From contig CP068257.2 of the NCBI GenBank assembly GCA_009914755.4, positions 16,416,001 to 16,480,000 on the forward strand: a stretch of DNA of 64,000 nucleotides, read 5' to 3'. The translations under genes were made by a program, and so were the position numbers. This document shows, in pieces, positions 38,249-50,193 of this stretch. Origin of the DNA: the human T2T-CHM13v2.0 reference genome, Homo sapiens. Position 1 is the first letter of the stretch, and each line of letters starts with the position of its first letter. The notes beneath the pieces were generated by a model. The model saw nothing but the letters and a program-made list of their open reading frames with translations. It was not told the origin of the DNA and ran no database searches.

Positions 38249-38560
38249 AGGGGTGGTGTCTCACTCCTCTAATCCCAGCACTTTGAGAGGCTGAAGCAGG
38301 CAGAACTCCTGAGGTTAGGAGTTCAAGACCAGGCTGGCCAAAATGGTGAAACCCCATCTCTACTAAAAATAAAAAAATTAGCTGGGTGTGGTGATGCATG
38401 CCTGTAGCCCCAGCTACTCAGGAGGCTGAGGCAGGAGAATCACTTGAACCTGGGAAGCAGAGGTTGCAGTGAGTCAAGATCACACCACTGCACTCTAGCC
38501 TGGATGACAGATTGAGACTTTGTCTCAAAAAAAGAAGAAGGAAAGAAAAATAATAAAAGA
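38249..38560 (+). mobile_element. Alu SINE (sense) nested in L1 ORF2; TSD gaaaaataataa
   Basis: aggggtggtgtctcactcctctaatcccagcactttgagaggctgaagcaggcagaactcctgaggttaggagttcaagaccaggctggccaaaatggtgaaacccc...gactttgtctcaaaaaaagaagaaggaaagaaaaataataaaag. Confidence 0.9.
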
Positions 38561-39368
38561 GCATAAATAAATAAATTTGAAATGAAGAAAACAATACAAA
38601 AGATCAATGAACCAAAAATTTGGCTTTTTGAAAGTTAAACAAAATTGACAAACCTTTAGACAGACAAACTGAGAGAAAAGGAGAGAAGATCCAAATATAT
38701 AAAATCAGAGATGAGAAAGGAGACATTACAGCTGATACCACAGAAATTCAAAGAATCATTAATGGCTACATTGAGCAACTATATGCCAGTATATTTAAAA
38801 AAACTAAAAGAAATGGGTAAATTCCCTGACAGCTATAACCTATTAAGATTGAACCATTAAGAAATCCAAAACCTGAACATACCAATAACAAGTAATGAGA
38901 TTGAACCCATATTAAAATGTCTTTCAGTAAAGTAAGCCTAGGACCCAATGGCTTCACTGTGAATCCTATCAAACATTTAAAGAAAAGCTAATACCAGTCC
39001 TACTCAAACATTCTGAAAAATAGAGAAAGAGGGAGTATTTCCAAACTCATTCTGCAAGGCCAGTATTATCCTAATACCAAAAGCAGACAAGACAGATTCA
39101 AAAAAGAAAACTGTAGGCCAATATCTCTGATGAATATTAATGCAATGATTCTCAAGAAAATACTAGCAAACTGAATCCAACAATACTTTGTAAAGATTAT
39201 TTATCATGACCCAGTGGGATTTATCCCAGGGATGCAAGGATGGTTCAACATATGCGAAACAATGAATGTAATATATCATCTCAAGAGAATGAGGAACAAA
39301 AACCATATGATCGTTTCAGTTGATACTAAAACAGAATCTGATAAAGTTTAATATCCTTTCATGATAAA

Positions 39369-40430
39369 TGTTTCGGGAAGTCAGGGACCCTGAATGGGGG
39401 GACTGGCTGAAGCTGCAGCAGAAGAACATAAATTGTGAAGATTTCATGGACATTTATTAGTTCCCCAAATTAATACTTTTATAATTTCTTACGACTGTCT
39501 TTACTGCAATCTCTGAACATAAATTGTGAAGATTTCATGGACATTGATCACTTCCCCAATCAATACTCTTGTAATTTCCTATCCCTGTCTTTAATCTCTT
39601 AATCCTGTCATCTTAAGCTAAGGATGTATGTCACCTCAGGACCCTGTGATGATTGTGTTATCTGTACAAATTGTTTGTAAAACGTGTGTTTGAACAATAT
39701 GAAATCTGGGCATTCTAAAAAAGAACAGGATAATATGATTTTCAGGGAACAAGGGAGATAACCATGAGGTCTGACTGCCTGCGGGGCCGGGCAGAACAGA
39801 GTCATATTTCTCTTCTTGCAGAAAGCGAATAGGAGAAATATTGCTGAATTATTTTCCCAGCAAGGAATAACCCTGGGAAAGGAATGTATTCCCAGGGGAG
39901 GTCTATAAATGGCCACTCTGGGAGTGTCTGTCTTATGTGGTTGAAGATAAGGGATGAAATATGCCCTGGTCTCCTGCAGTGCCCTCAGGCTTGCTAGGAT
40001 TAGGAAATTCCAGACTGGTGAATTCTAGTCAGACCGGTTGTCTGCTCTCAAACCCTGTTTCCTGTTAAGATGTTTATCAGTGACAATGCTTGCCCAGTGG
40101 GACATGAAACCTCATCAGTAATTCTAATTTTGCTCTGGCCTTGTGATCTTGCTCTGCCATTTGCCTTGTGATCTTTTATTGCCTTTTGAAGCATGTGATC
40201 TCTGTGACCCACTCTCTATTCGTTCACTCCCTCCCCTTCTAAAATCCCTAATAAAAACTCACTGGTTTTGCAGCTCCAGGTGGTCCTACCAATATGTGAT
40301 GGCACCCTCGGAGGCCCAGCTATAAAATTTCTCTGTTTGTGCTCTTTCTCTTTATTTCTCAGACCTGCCGACACTTAGCGAAAATAGAAAAGAACCCACG
40401 TTGAAATATTGGGGGCTGGTTCCCCTGATA
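39369..40430 (+). mobile_element. ERVK-class solo LTR (~1.06 kb; MER11-like, family call tentative) inserted in L1 ORF2. Contains an internal ~92-bp tandem duplication (39425-39600). 6-bp TSD gataaa/gattaa
   Basis: tgtttcgggaagtcagggaccctgaatggggggactggctgaagctgcagcagaagaacataaattgtgaagatttcatggacatttattagttcccc... A second copy of aacataaattgtgaagatttcatggacatt...ctgtctttaa follows. Continues ...ggtctataaatggccactctgggagtgtctgtc...ccctaataaaaactcactggttttgcagctccaggtggtcctaccaatatgtgatggcaccc...ttgggggctggttcccctgata. L1 ORF2 sequence (tcctttcatgataaa | LTR | gattaaaaaccctaaaaaattgggtatagaagg) resumes on the far side. Confidence 0.6.
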
Positions 40431-43400
40431 GATTAAAAACCCTAAAAAATTGGGTATAGAAGGAATATATCTCAACATAATCAAAGCTGTATATGACAGA
40501 CCCAAAGCTAGTATCATATTGCAAGAGGAAAAATAAAAAGCCATTTCTTTCAAATCTAGAACATGACAAGGATGCCTTCTTTCATAACTGTTATTTAAGA
40601 CAGTACTGGAAGTCTTAGCTAGAACAATCAGACAAGAGAAAGGAATACAGGGCACTCAAATTGAAAAGGAAAAAGTCAAATCATCCTTGTTTGCAGATGA
40701 TATAATCTTATATTTGGAAAAACCTAAAGAATCCACAAGAAAACTATTAAAACTGGTAAAACAAATTGAGTAAAGTTGCAGGATATAAAATCAATACACA
40801 AAAATCATTAGCATTTCTACATGCCAACAGTGAACAAACTGAAAAACAGAAATAAAAAGGTAATCCCATTTACAATAGCCACAAATAAAATTAAATACCT
40901 AGGAATTAGCCATGAAAGTGAAAGATCTTTACAAATGAAACGTATAAAACACTGATGAAAGAAATTGAAGAGATACCAAAAATGAAAAGACATTTCATGT
41001 TCATGGATTGGAAGAATCAATATTATTAAAATATCCATACTACTCAAAGCAGTCTACAGAGTCAATGCAATCTCCATCAAAATACCAATGACATTCTTCA
41101 CAGAAATAGGAAAAACCATCATAAAATTTATATGGAATCACAAAAGACCATAACAGCAAAAGATACCTTGAGCAAAAAGAACAAAACTAGTGGAATCACA
41201 TTACTTGACTTAAAATTATGCTATAGAGCTATAAAGAGTAAAACAGCATGGTACTGACATAAAAACAGACACATAGACCAAAGGACCAGAATAGAGAACC
41301 CAGATACAAATTCACACACCTGCAGTAAACTATTTTTTGACAAACATGCCAAGAAAATTAACTGGGGAAAAGACAGTCACTTCAATAAGTGGTACTTGGA
41401 AAACTGGCTATGCAAAAAATTGAAACTAGACCCCTATGTCTCACCACATACAAAAATAAAATCTAAATGGATTAAAAACATAGAAATCTAAGACCTCAGA
41501 CTATAAAAATACTACAAAAAATTGAGGACACTCTTAGGACTTTGGTCTGGGCAAAAAATTATTGAGTAATACCCCACAAGCACAGGCAACCAGAGCAAAA
41601 AGGAACAAATGGGATCATATCAAGTTAAAAAGCTTTTTTAGAGCAAATTAAACAATTAAGAAAGTGAAGAGACAACCCACAGAATGGGAGAAATATTTGC
41701 AGACTACCCATATGATAAGGAATTAATAACCAGAATATATAGGGGCCTCAATAACTCTATAGGAAAAAAAAATAATAATTCAATTAAAAATGGGCAAAAG
41801 AGTTAAATAGAAATTTTTCAAAAAAAGACATACAAATGGCAAACAGGCATGTAAAAAAGTGCTCAATTTCTTTTTAGAGAAAAGTGCTCACTTCTCATCA
41901 GAGAAATGTAAATCAAAACTACAATGAGACATCTTACTCGGCTAAAATAGCTTTTATTCAAAATTTAGGCAATAACAAATGCTGGTGAGAATGTGGAGAG
42001 AAGAGAACCCTCATATACTGTTGGTGGCAATGTAAATTATTACAACCATTATGGAAAACAGTTTGGAGGTCCCTCAAAAAACTAAAACTAGAAATAACAT
42101 ATAATCCAGCAATCCCACTGCTGGGTATATACCAAAAAGAAAGCAAATCAGTATATCAAAGAGATATTTGTATTCCCATGTTTGTTACAGCACTGCTCAC
42201 AGTAGCCAAGACTTGGAACCAACCTTATTGTCCATCAAGAGATGAATGGAAAAGGAACACGTGGTACATACACCCAATGGAGTCCTATTCAGCCATAAAA
42301 ATGAATGATATTCTGTTATTTGCAACAACATGATGGAACTGGAGGTCATTATGTTATGTAAAACAAGTCAGGCATGGAAAGACAAACATCGTATATTCTC
42401 ACATATTTGTGGGTTCTAAAAACTAAAACAATTGAACCCATGAAGATAGAGGGTACAAAGATGGTTACAGCTGCTTGGAAGGGTAGTGGGGTGGAAGGAC
42501 TGTAGGGGTTGGGGTTGGTTAGTGGATAAAAAAAGATGGTTAGAAAGAATGAATAAGAACTAGTATGTGACAGCACAACCGGGAGACTATAGTCAATAAT
42601 AATTTAATTGTACATTTTAAAATAACTAAGAGTATAATTGGATTGTTTGTAACACAAAGGATAAATGCTTGATGAGATGGATACTTAATTTTCCATGATG
42701 TGGTTATTCTGCATTGCATGCCTTTACCAAAACACCTCATGTACCCTGTAAATATGTATACCTACTGAGTACCCACAAAAATTAAAAGTAAAAAAATTTA
42801 AAAATAATAATATATATTACAATATAAATCTTGTAACTAAAAAGGAATATAGTTTATATTTTCCAAAGTCCAGCAAATACCTAATATGATTTAAAAAATA
42901 AAAAGAACTACCTCTGACTTATTCTTGTGAAGTTTCAGAAAATAAAGATAAAAAGATAGTCCTAAATCTTTCAAAAAGCCATCCAATAAAGAGATCAAAA
43001 TCAGTTGGAATCAGAACTTTACCCATAATGCTGAATGCTGGAAGCCAAGCAACAATTTTTAAATTCTAACGGAAAACAGTTTCAAGCCAAAACCTCAATA
43101 CCAATCAAATTATTCAATAAACATATGTATATTTTTATGCAACTCAGAAAACTACTTCTCCACACCATTTTTTGAAGTAGTTACTTTGGATGTGCTTAAA
43201 TAAAGTGGGTGGGTTAACTAAGAAACGACACATGTATTCCAGGACACTAATTGAGATCCAACTCTGAAGAACAATGACATGAAGCCCCCAGACAATTTCA
43301 TCGAAGCAGGATTAGAAAGCATTTTTACTTACTGGCACAGGTAGATGGAGGGGTCCAGATGTTATCCACATATAAAGGTGCATTGCACAATTGGAGTACT

Positions 43401-44407
43401 GTGCTAGACTGGATAAATCTAAGGATATGACAAAGCAAAGAAGGAAAGGAAAAATAAAGACAATTAAACAATCCACGACAAATAAAAATAAAAATAAATA
43501 AGTTACGTAAGAGAAGAAAACAATAACACCCTAAGTAGACAAGTGAAAAATATTTACATAGTTTAAATAAAGTGAAGGTTGTTTTTAAAAAAATATCTAA
43601 CATGTTGAATCAACCTACTGACAAACTGTGGAAAGATACATTGTCAATCTTAAAACTTAAAAATAGTAAAGGTCCTGATAATAGATGTTGAAGGTGGAAG
43701 GCAAACAGAAGTGAGCAGGTAGACAGGAGTGATAATGTCTTTATAAGGATAGAGCTAAGATTGACTACATGTGGTTGGTGGAGTAAATAACAGAGGAACT
43801 AAAAGTAGGAATATAACTAGACTGGGTGGTTAGCATGGGGAAGGGAAGAAAGGGGATGGTGACTGTTTGGTTTGTGAATGAGCTAAAACATTTTCTTGTG
43901 TAGTAAGAATTCCATATGCAATTCCTAATGTTCATAGATAAGTATTGGTTTAAGGATATTATTTAGAGACTCAAGGACACCTGAAGAACTACAAAAAGAA
44001 ACAGTTTGAATTTGCTGCCTTTAGAGGAACAGAGGTGGATGGGTAGAAGTAGGGTAGAAATTATTTAACATTTTAATTTTGTGCATGTATTGATTTGATA
44101 GGCACAAAAAGGTAAAGTGGAAACAACTGAAAAGAGTCATTCAGGAATGATTTTATTAAGATTTTTGCTTAAGCTTGTTGAGTGTGTGTACATTCAAATG
44201 ATCTGTGAGAGTATTTATATACTGTATGTGAAAAAATACTTTTGTGAATTCCATCTCATACAGAGATGCTGGTCTTAAGATTTTTTTCCCCCAGTTTGGT
44301 AACTTCAGGCAAGTCAATGAGTATTTCAAAATCTCTGTCTACTCAGCAGTAAATTGGGGGTATCAGATCAGAGATGGTTCTGTAAGTTTTGTGTGTGTTT
44401 GAAATAG

Positions 44408-44771
44408 TGATATGGTTTGGCTCTGTGTCCCCACCCAAATCTCATCTTGTAGCTCAATGATTCCCACGTGTTGTGGGAGGGACCCAGTGGGAGATGATTG
44501 AATAATGGGGGTGGGTCTTTCCTTTGCTGTTCTCATGATAGTGAATGGGTCTCACAAGATCTGATGGTTTTAAAAACGGGAGTTTCTCTGCACTAGCTCT
44601 CTTTTTGCCTGCTGTCTTCCGTGTAAGACGTGACTTGCTCCTCTTTGTCTTCTGCCATGATTGTGAGACCTCCCTAGCCATGTGGAACTGTAAGTCCAAT
44701 AAACGTCTTTCTTTTGTAAATTTCCTGGTCTCGAGTTTGTCTTTATCAGCAGCATGAAAATGGACCAATAC
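44408..44771 (+). mobile_element. THE1-type solo LTR; perfect 5-bp TSD AATAG
   Basis: tgatatggtttggctctgtgtccccacccaaatctcatcttgtagctcaatgattcccacgtgttgtgggagggacccagtgggagatgattgaataatggggg...ccatgtggaactgtaagtccaataaacgtctttcttttgtaaatttcctggtctcgagtttgtctttatcagcagcatgaaaatggaccaataca. AATAG at 44403-44407 and 44772-44776. The antisense spurious ORF (...LPFLKPSDLVRPIHYHENSKGKTHP...) is typical. Confidence 0.9.
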
Positions 44772-47579
44772 AAATAGTAAATCTTTATTGCAGTTTTAAA
44801 GGTGTGCTTTATTTCTTAATTAGAATCCCTGTGGTGTCTTAATTTCTACCTTGTTTCTATTTTCTTATTCCTATCCTTAAGTCAGTTGTAGAAACTTTTT
44901 AATACAAAATGTGTAGAGATATTCATTTAATACTCAAAAAGGTATAAGATAAATTCTTGAATTTTTTTGAGACAGTCAAAAAAGATGTCTAACCTACATT
45001 TTAAATGTGTCATTATAACATAATTGAAAATATGACAATACTAGAAAAAAGAAAGGTAAGTGTTGAAACCAGTAGCTGCATTTTCAGTATGATAATCTAT
45101 TTCCATTTACAACATTTTTTTTTTTTTGCTGATGTCTGTACTTGTGAGTGTATAAGAAAGTTTCTCATCCATGGTAAAGGGCATTAATGAAATTACTGTG
45201 TGACACTCCTTGAAAAATGAGAGAAATATACATTTAGTTTCCATAATGAAATCCATATTTGCTTGGTCATGGCCCAAATTGGTTTTGAAAAGTATATATT
45301 TCACTGAGGCAGATGAAGTGTCCAAAATTAATAAGGATAAAAAATAAGAAAAATTTAAGGAGAAAATTTTCAATTAAAGATGAGTAACTGTTGATTACTC
45401 AGGTCCAAGAATCAATACTGATTAATGTTATGTAATGTAGCAGATCTTGCCAGGATGAAGATATTTGAGTGTAAGCTCAGAATCATAAGAAACAGCTTCT
45501 TTGTAACTTGCATTTTATAGCTGCCCACATCATCCTATTCTATATCCATAGGCTAGAACTTCAGTCTAACTGAGTTTGCCATTCTTGGGAGATCTCAGGA
45601 GATTATTCCTTACAACATCTTGGTTATCATTTTGTCAATCATCCAGGGAACGCCCAACACTTCCTTTTGTCATTTCAGGATTCCTACTTATGTCTTTTAA
45701 CCTGAATACTTTCCAGATCTGCTGTTCCCAGTAAGTTACTACAGTCCACTGCTGACTGAATGTTAGTAAGTTTTGATTGGATTTTAATTGTACAAGGTGA
45801 CTGAGCAAATTTGTTAGCTACATCAACATCATGAGGCAGGACTTAAGAGGGTAGTGGGCAAGGTCAATTCAATTATCTGTATAAAAATATGTCAATGAAA
45901 GCCTGCTTTTATTCTGCTTAATTTAGAATTTATTCTTTCACTTATTTTTGAGGAAGTTTTAAAGCAATTAATGATAACTATAAAAGTGCTGTTTAACAAA
46001 AAATCACTGGTGAGTACAGTGTATATAATGCATAGCTCTAAAGAAATACCTATTGCTCTTTATAATTGTCTAACCCTTTAATTGATTTCATAAATCAAAG
46101 TTTTTAGGCAAGTATGGCCTATATTAAAAATGAACACTTGAGCCTAATGAATATTTTGTTGATAGAAATAATTTCTGAATTTCTCTGCTGAGTAGCAAGA
46201 TAGCACTCTTTAGTACAGGAAGGGAAACTTTAGAAAAATGGGATGCTATAAAACTTAAAGTAAGAATTGGAACTGAAAGTAACACATTAATTTCCTTGGC
46301 ATAAATTTCTGCTTTATCATCCTAAAGCTTTATTTTGGCACAAAGGTAGCAATAACACTAATCCCTCTTCTGGAATCCAAACCAAAGATAGATTATTTTG
46401 TCTCTAAAAATTTCATTATGAATGACTAAGTAGAGAATAGATGAAAAAGTATTTTAATTTAATGTTAAGAATATGCATTTTAGAGCAGGGAACCTAAAGT
46501 TGAGATACCATTTCATTTGTTTGTAGCCTCTTCTCTTATAAAATAGAAATAATAAGATTTAATTCAATGGATGGTTGTAAGAATGAAAGAAATGAGAAAA
46601 TGTGAAATCTTTTTAAACTATGTTTTTCTACAAAAATGAGATGTTAAGATAATAAAGAAACTGACCCTTTGTCATTTAAAAAATAGTTTTAAATATAAAC
46701 ATCCTAGTCTCTCAGTAGAGGTACTAAGAAATAAGGAGAAGATTATAGGCCTTGATATTAAAACAATCGGAGTTTGACTCCTGATTTGAACACACATTAC
46801 CTAAAGGAGCCAATCAATGTATTTCACATATTTTTGATTATATACTGCCAAATAAAGAATTGCCCTAAAACTCAGTGTCTTAAAACAACCATGATTTCGT
46901 TACATTTCATGATTTTTTGGGTCAGGAATTCAAATGGCATAGCTGGTGTTTCCTCAGCTGTATGTGGCATTGCCTGTCTCTCAGTGTATTCAGGCGACAG
47001 ATGGGCTGCTATGGGCTGGCTAGGATGACTTCTCTCATGTGTCTGGAGCCATGGTGGAGATGGCTGGAAGGCTGGGCTCAGCTAGAGCTGTGGAATGACA
47101 TGCCAATTCCTGACATCTCCAGCATGACTATCTCCTCTTCCATAGAAGCTGGCTTTTTTCAGAGTGAACATCCCACTGGACCCAGGCAGGAGTAGCAATG
47201 CTTTGTGTGACTTAGCCTTAGAAGTTCCAAACATCCTTTCTGTCACATTCTTTTTATCAAGAGAGATATACAGTCTAACCACTATTCCAGAGGAAGGGGA
47301 TTAGACCTCACCTCTTAATCTATCACAATACCTCTGAGCTTCAGTTTTGCCCTTTTATAAAACCTACTCCAGTACAGTTGTTGTGAAGACACAATGAGAC
47401 AATGTCTGTTAGGTTCCTCACATAGAGCCTCGCACAAAATATTTCTCTCCTCTTTTATTTTTCATGTATAAGGAAATCATATTTCCCAATGTCACTAAGA
47501 CACTGGACAGGTGGGAAACACTGAAGTAAGCACAACTTCTCAGTCTCTGAGCATTCAAAATAGCAGTGAAGTGGGTTTA

Positions 47580-47942
47580 TGCATGGTATGGTTAGGCTTT
47601 GTGTCCCTACCCAAATCTCATCTTGAATTGTAATCACCATACACGTGTCAAGGTAATTGAATCATGGGGGCAGTTTCCCCCATGTTGCTCTCATGATAGT
47701 GAGTTCTCATGAAAATCTGATGGTTTTATAAGGGGCCCTTCCCCCTTCGCTTGGCATTTCTCCTTCCTGCTGTCTTGTGAGGAAGATGCCTTGCTTCCCC
47801 TTCGCCTTCCGCCATGATTCTGAGTTTCCTGAGGCCTCCCCAGCCATGCTGAAGTGTGAGTCAATTAAACCTCACTTTCCTTTATAAATTTCCCAGTCTC
47901 AGGCACTTCTTTACAGTAGTATGAAAACAAACTAATAAAATA
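47580..47942 (+). mobile_element. THE1/MST-type solo LTR
   Basis: tgcatggtatggttaggctttgtgtccctacccaaatctcatcttgaattgtaatcaccatacacgtgtcaaggtaattgaatcatgggggcagtttccccc...gagtcaattaaacctcactttcctttataaatttcccagtctcaggcacttctttacagtagtatgaaaacaaactaataaa. Confidence 0.75.
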
Positions 47943-49865
47943 TACCATAGTCATAGAAAATACCCAAGGCTCAAACCATATGGGATCTTCAACTTACTGT
48001 AGGCCAATATAGGACTGGACTACTAAAAAGTGACATACTTGAAGAACCTAGACACAAGATGCTAGTACTCTACCACTCTGAGCTTTTAAATGTGATAATA
48101 GGAGTGTATCAGCATCTCAGCAACTATTGTTTTACAGCCTATTTACCAATTGCTCTTCCTAATGATTCCAGCAACACATGTTTAAATTCTGTTTTGTGTG
48201 TCCTTTAGGTATAGAGGATGTAAAATCTATTTTAAAAGATTTCTAACCATAATGGTTACCATTAAGTGTGGTCTCATGTGAAGTAGTAAGTTTCAAGATT
48301 TTCTCCTTCCCTAATGGTGCTAATTGATGTGTTCTCTAGAATGCTATGACATGATTTGGAAAATATGTCATTGTTTGGCTGCCCAGCAGCTGACCTCTTG
48401 TTTTATGTTTGTGGAATTATTTATCTTGAATCCTGGTAAGACTAAGGGAATATCTTTCAATAGGAAGCTGGAAAGGGTAGATATTTTTTCTCCTTTTTGG
48501 CAACTAGAGTAGACCCATGAGATAGGCTTAAATAGTCATGGCTATTTCATATGAGGAATCATGAAGTAGTGATATAAAGAATCAGAGCCTTGAAAAATAC
48601 AGTCTGGAGACGGGAGGTCACAGCTGCATGCCAGTGTGCAAGAGTAGGGGGTGAGGCAGAGACTGGGACAGCAGTAGTCTGTAGCATTCAGGACCAGCTG
48701 TAGCAGAGCAAGCTGTGGTATTCATACTAGACTTGCTTTGTTGCAGGATTTTATCCCAATTGTGGCTGACACCTGACTTATGTGCCTTTTCAAAGCCAGG
48801 TCCTTCAGTCTTCCCTGCAACTCTGTGACTCATTTCATTTCATATCTTTGTCTGCTTAAGTCAGTCAAAGTTGGATTTTGTTGCTTGAAATTAAGGATCC
48901 TGATCATTATGGAGCTTACTATCAAGAGTGCTTATAGGCCATGGACCCACAGGGAAGTGGTAGCAGTGGTTCTCAATTTTGGCTGCACATTCGAGTACCC
49001 TAGAAGGTTTGAAAACTGCCAATGCCTCAAGCCAACCCATATCAATCACATTGAATGGCCATAGCTAGGAAACCAGGTACAGATACCTAAAAAGTTATTT
49101 AGGTGATTCTAATGTGAGAATTAATACAGAGAAAGAAATACAATGCTTTCTGAAGATGGGGATGTTGACGTGGATTAATAATATGTAACCTGCTCACCCA
49201 TTCCCAAGTTATGTTCCCTGAGAGGGCCCAGAATGTACTTTTTTCACCAAGGTTTGGGTGATTCCAATAATCCTGGAAAATCACTTCTGTGTCTGTTCTC
49301 TTTAAGCCAGAGACAGTGAAACATTGCCCTTAAAACTGGCTTCTCAGATGCCAATGGAGACAACAGGATCTCAGGTAGCAGTGGCCAACCAGCCACACCT
49401 AAATTCTAGGAGCAAAGGAGGGCACACTTATTGCAATAGTGTTCAGGGCTTACCTGATAATCATGATGATTGGTCCAGTTGGGGTCTTTGGCATTCTGCA
49501 ATTAACAATGGGTTGGTAGGACTAAAATGGATGAGAAACCCACAAAGTTCTTCCTTGATTTGTTTAACTGGAACATTTCCAAGTCTGGCAAATGGAAGTC
49601 TGACTTGGTTTAACTTTGGAGAGTCATAAATCCATATAAAATTTTCAGACCTAAGTCATTTCCAACACCCCAGAGCCCTTGAATAAAAAACAGACAGTAC
49701 CCTTGAGGATGGAACCTGTGAAAACCTAAAATGTACTGACCGAGGCTGTGAGTCCTAGCCTTCCTTGAAGGCCCTTGGTCGGTCACCAGATAGCTCAGTG
49801 GTCCTTCCTTCACTGGCACAGCATAAAGAGCAATATAAATACTTTTGAAATATTTTTTGTTACTA

Positions 49866-50193
49866 GATCTTTCTTTTTTCTTTTTTCTTTTTCTTTTTCT
49901 TTTTTTTTTTTTGAGATGGAGTCTTGCTCTGTCGCCCAGGCTGGAGTGCAGTGGCTTGATCTTGGCTCACTGCAAGCTCCGCCTCCTGGGTTCCCACCAT
50001 TCTCCTGCCTCAGCCTCCAAATAGCTGGGACTACAGGTGCCCACCACCACACCTGGCCAATTTTTTCTATTTTTATGTAGAGACGCGGTTTCACCGTGTT
50101 AGCCAGGATGGTCTCGATCTCCTGACCTTGTGATCCACCTGCCTTGGCCTCCCAAAGTGCTGGGATTACAGGCGTGAGCCACCACACCCAGCC
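49866..50193 (-). mobile_element. Alu SINE (antisense) with (TTTTTC)n-modified tail; 12-bp TSD tagatctttctt
   Basis: ttcttttttcttttttctttttctttttcttttttttttttgagatggagtcttgctctgtcgcccaggctggagtgcagtggcttgatcttggctcactgcaagctccgcctcc...gggattacaggcgtgagccaccacacccagcc. Confidence 0.95.

Larger units (their letters stand above)
37259..42350 (+). pseudogene. L1 ORF2 remnant (endonuclease + reverse transcriptase), interrupted by an Alu (38249-38560) and an LTR (39369-40430) and by many stops
   Basis: atggcaggagtaattccctacttatcaataataacattgcatgtaaatggactaaactctccaataaaaagacatacacttgctgaatgg (MAGVIPYLSIITLHVNGLNSPIKRHTLAEW). Track ORF 37422-37673 is the EN domain. RT/C-terminal motifs follow (ttgtttgcagatgatataatcttatatttgg...; ...atgctggtgagaatgtggagagaagagaaccctcatatactgttggtggcaatg). 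Confidence 0.75.
34181..42815 (+). mobile_element. LINE-1, old primate/mammalian family (L1MA/L1PB-like), apparently full length from the canonical 5' terminus to the A-rich 3' end. Carries a nested Alu and a nested ERVK LTR; ~7.2 kb of L1 proper
   Basis: Starts gggcacagcaagatggcagagtagaagcctacattg... and has a long 5'UTR, ORF1 and ORF2 remnants in sense. The 3'UTR ends ...catgtaccctgtaaatatgtatacctactgagtacccacaaaaattaaaagtaaaaaaatttaaaaataataa. Confidence 0.85.

Noticed and set aside
44454-44768. 104-aa minus-strand ORF (…LPFLKPSDLVRPIHYHENSKGKTHPHY…), with similar ORFs at 21584-21851 and 56818-57039
   Set aside because: This is the well-known fortuitous ORF encoded on the antisense strand of THE1/MST LTRs. 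It recurs in every LTR copy of this family and is not a gene.
46900-47450. Segment with motifs reminiscent of an ancient mammalian interspersed repeat (…ccactattccagaggaaggggattagacctcacctcttaatc…)
   Set aside because: I could not place it in a named family from memory and boundaries are unclear, so left unannotated rather than guessed.
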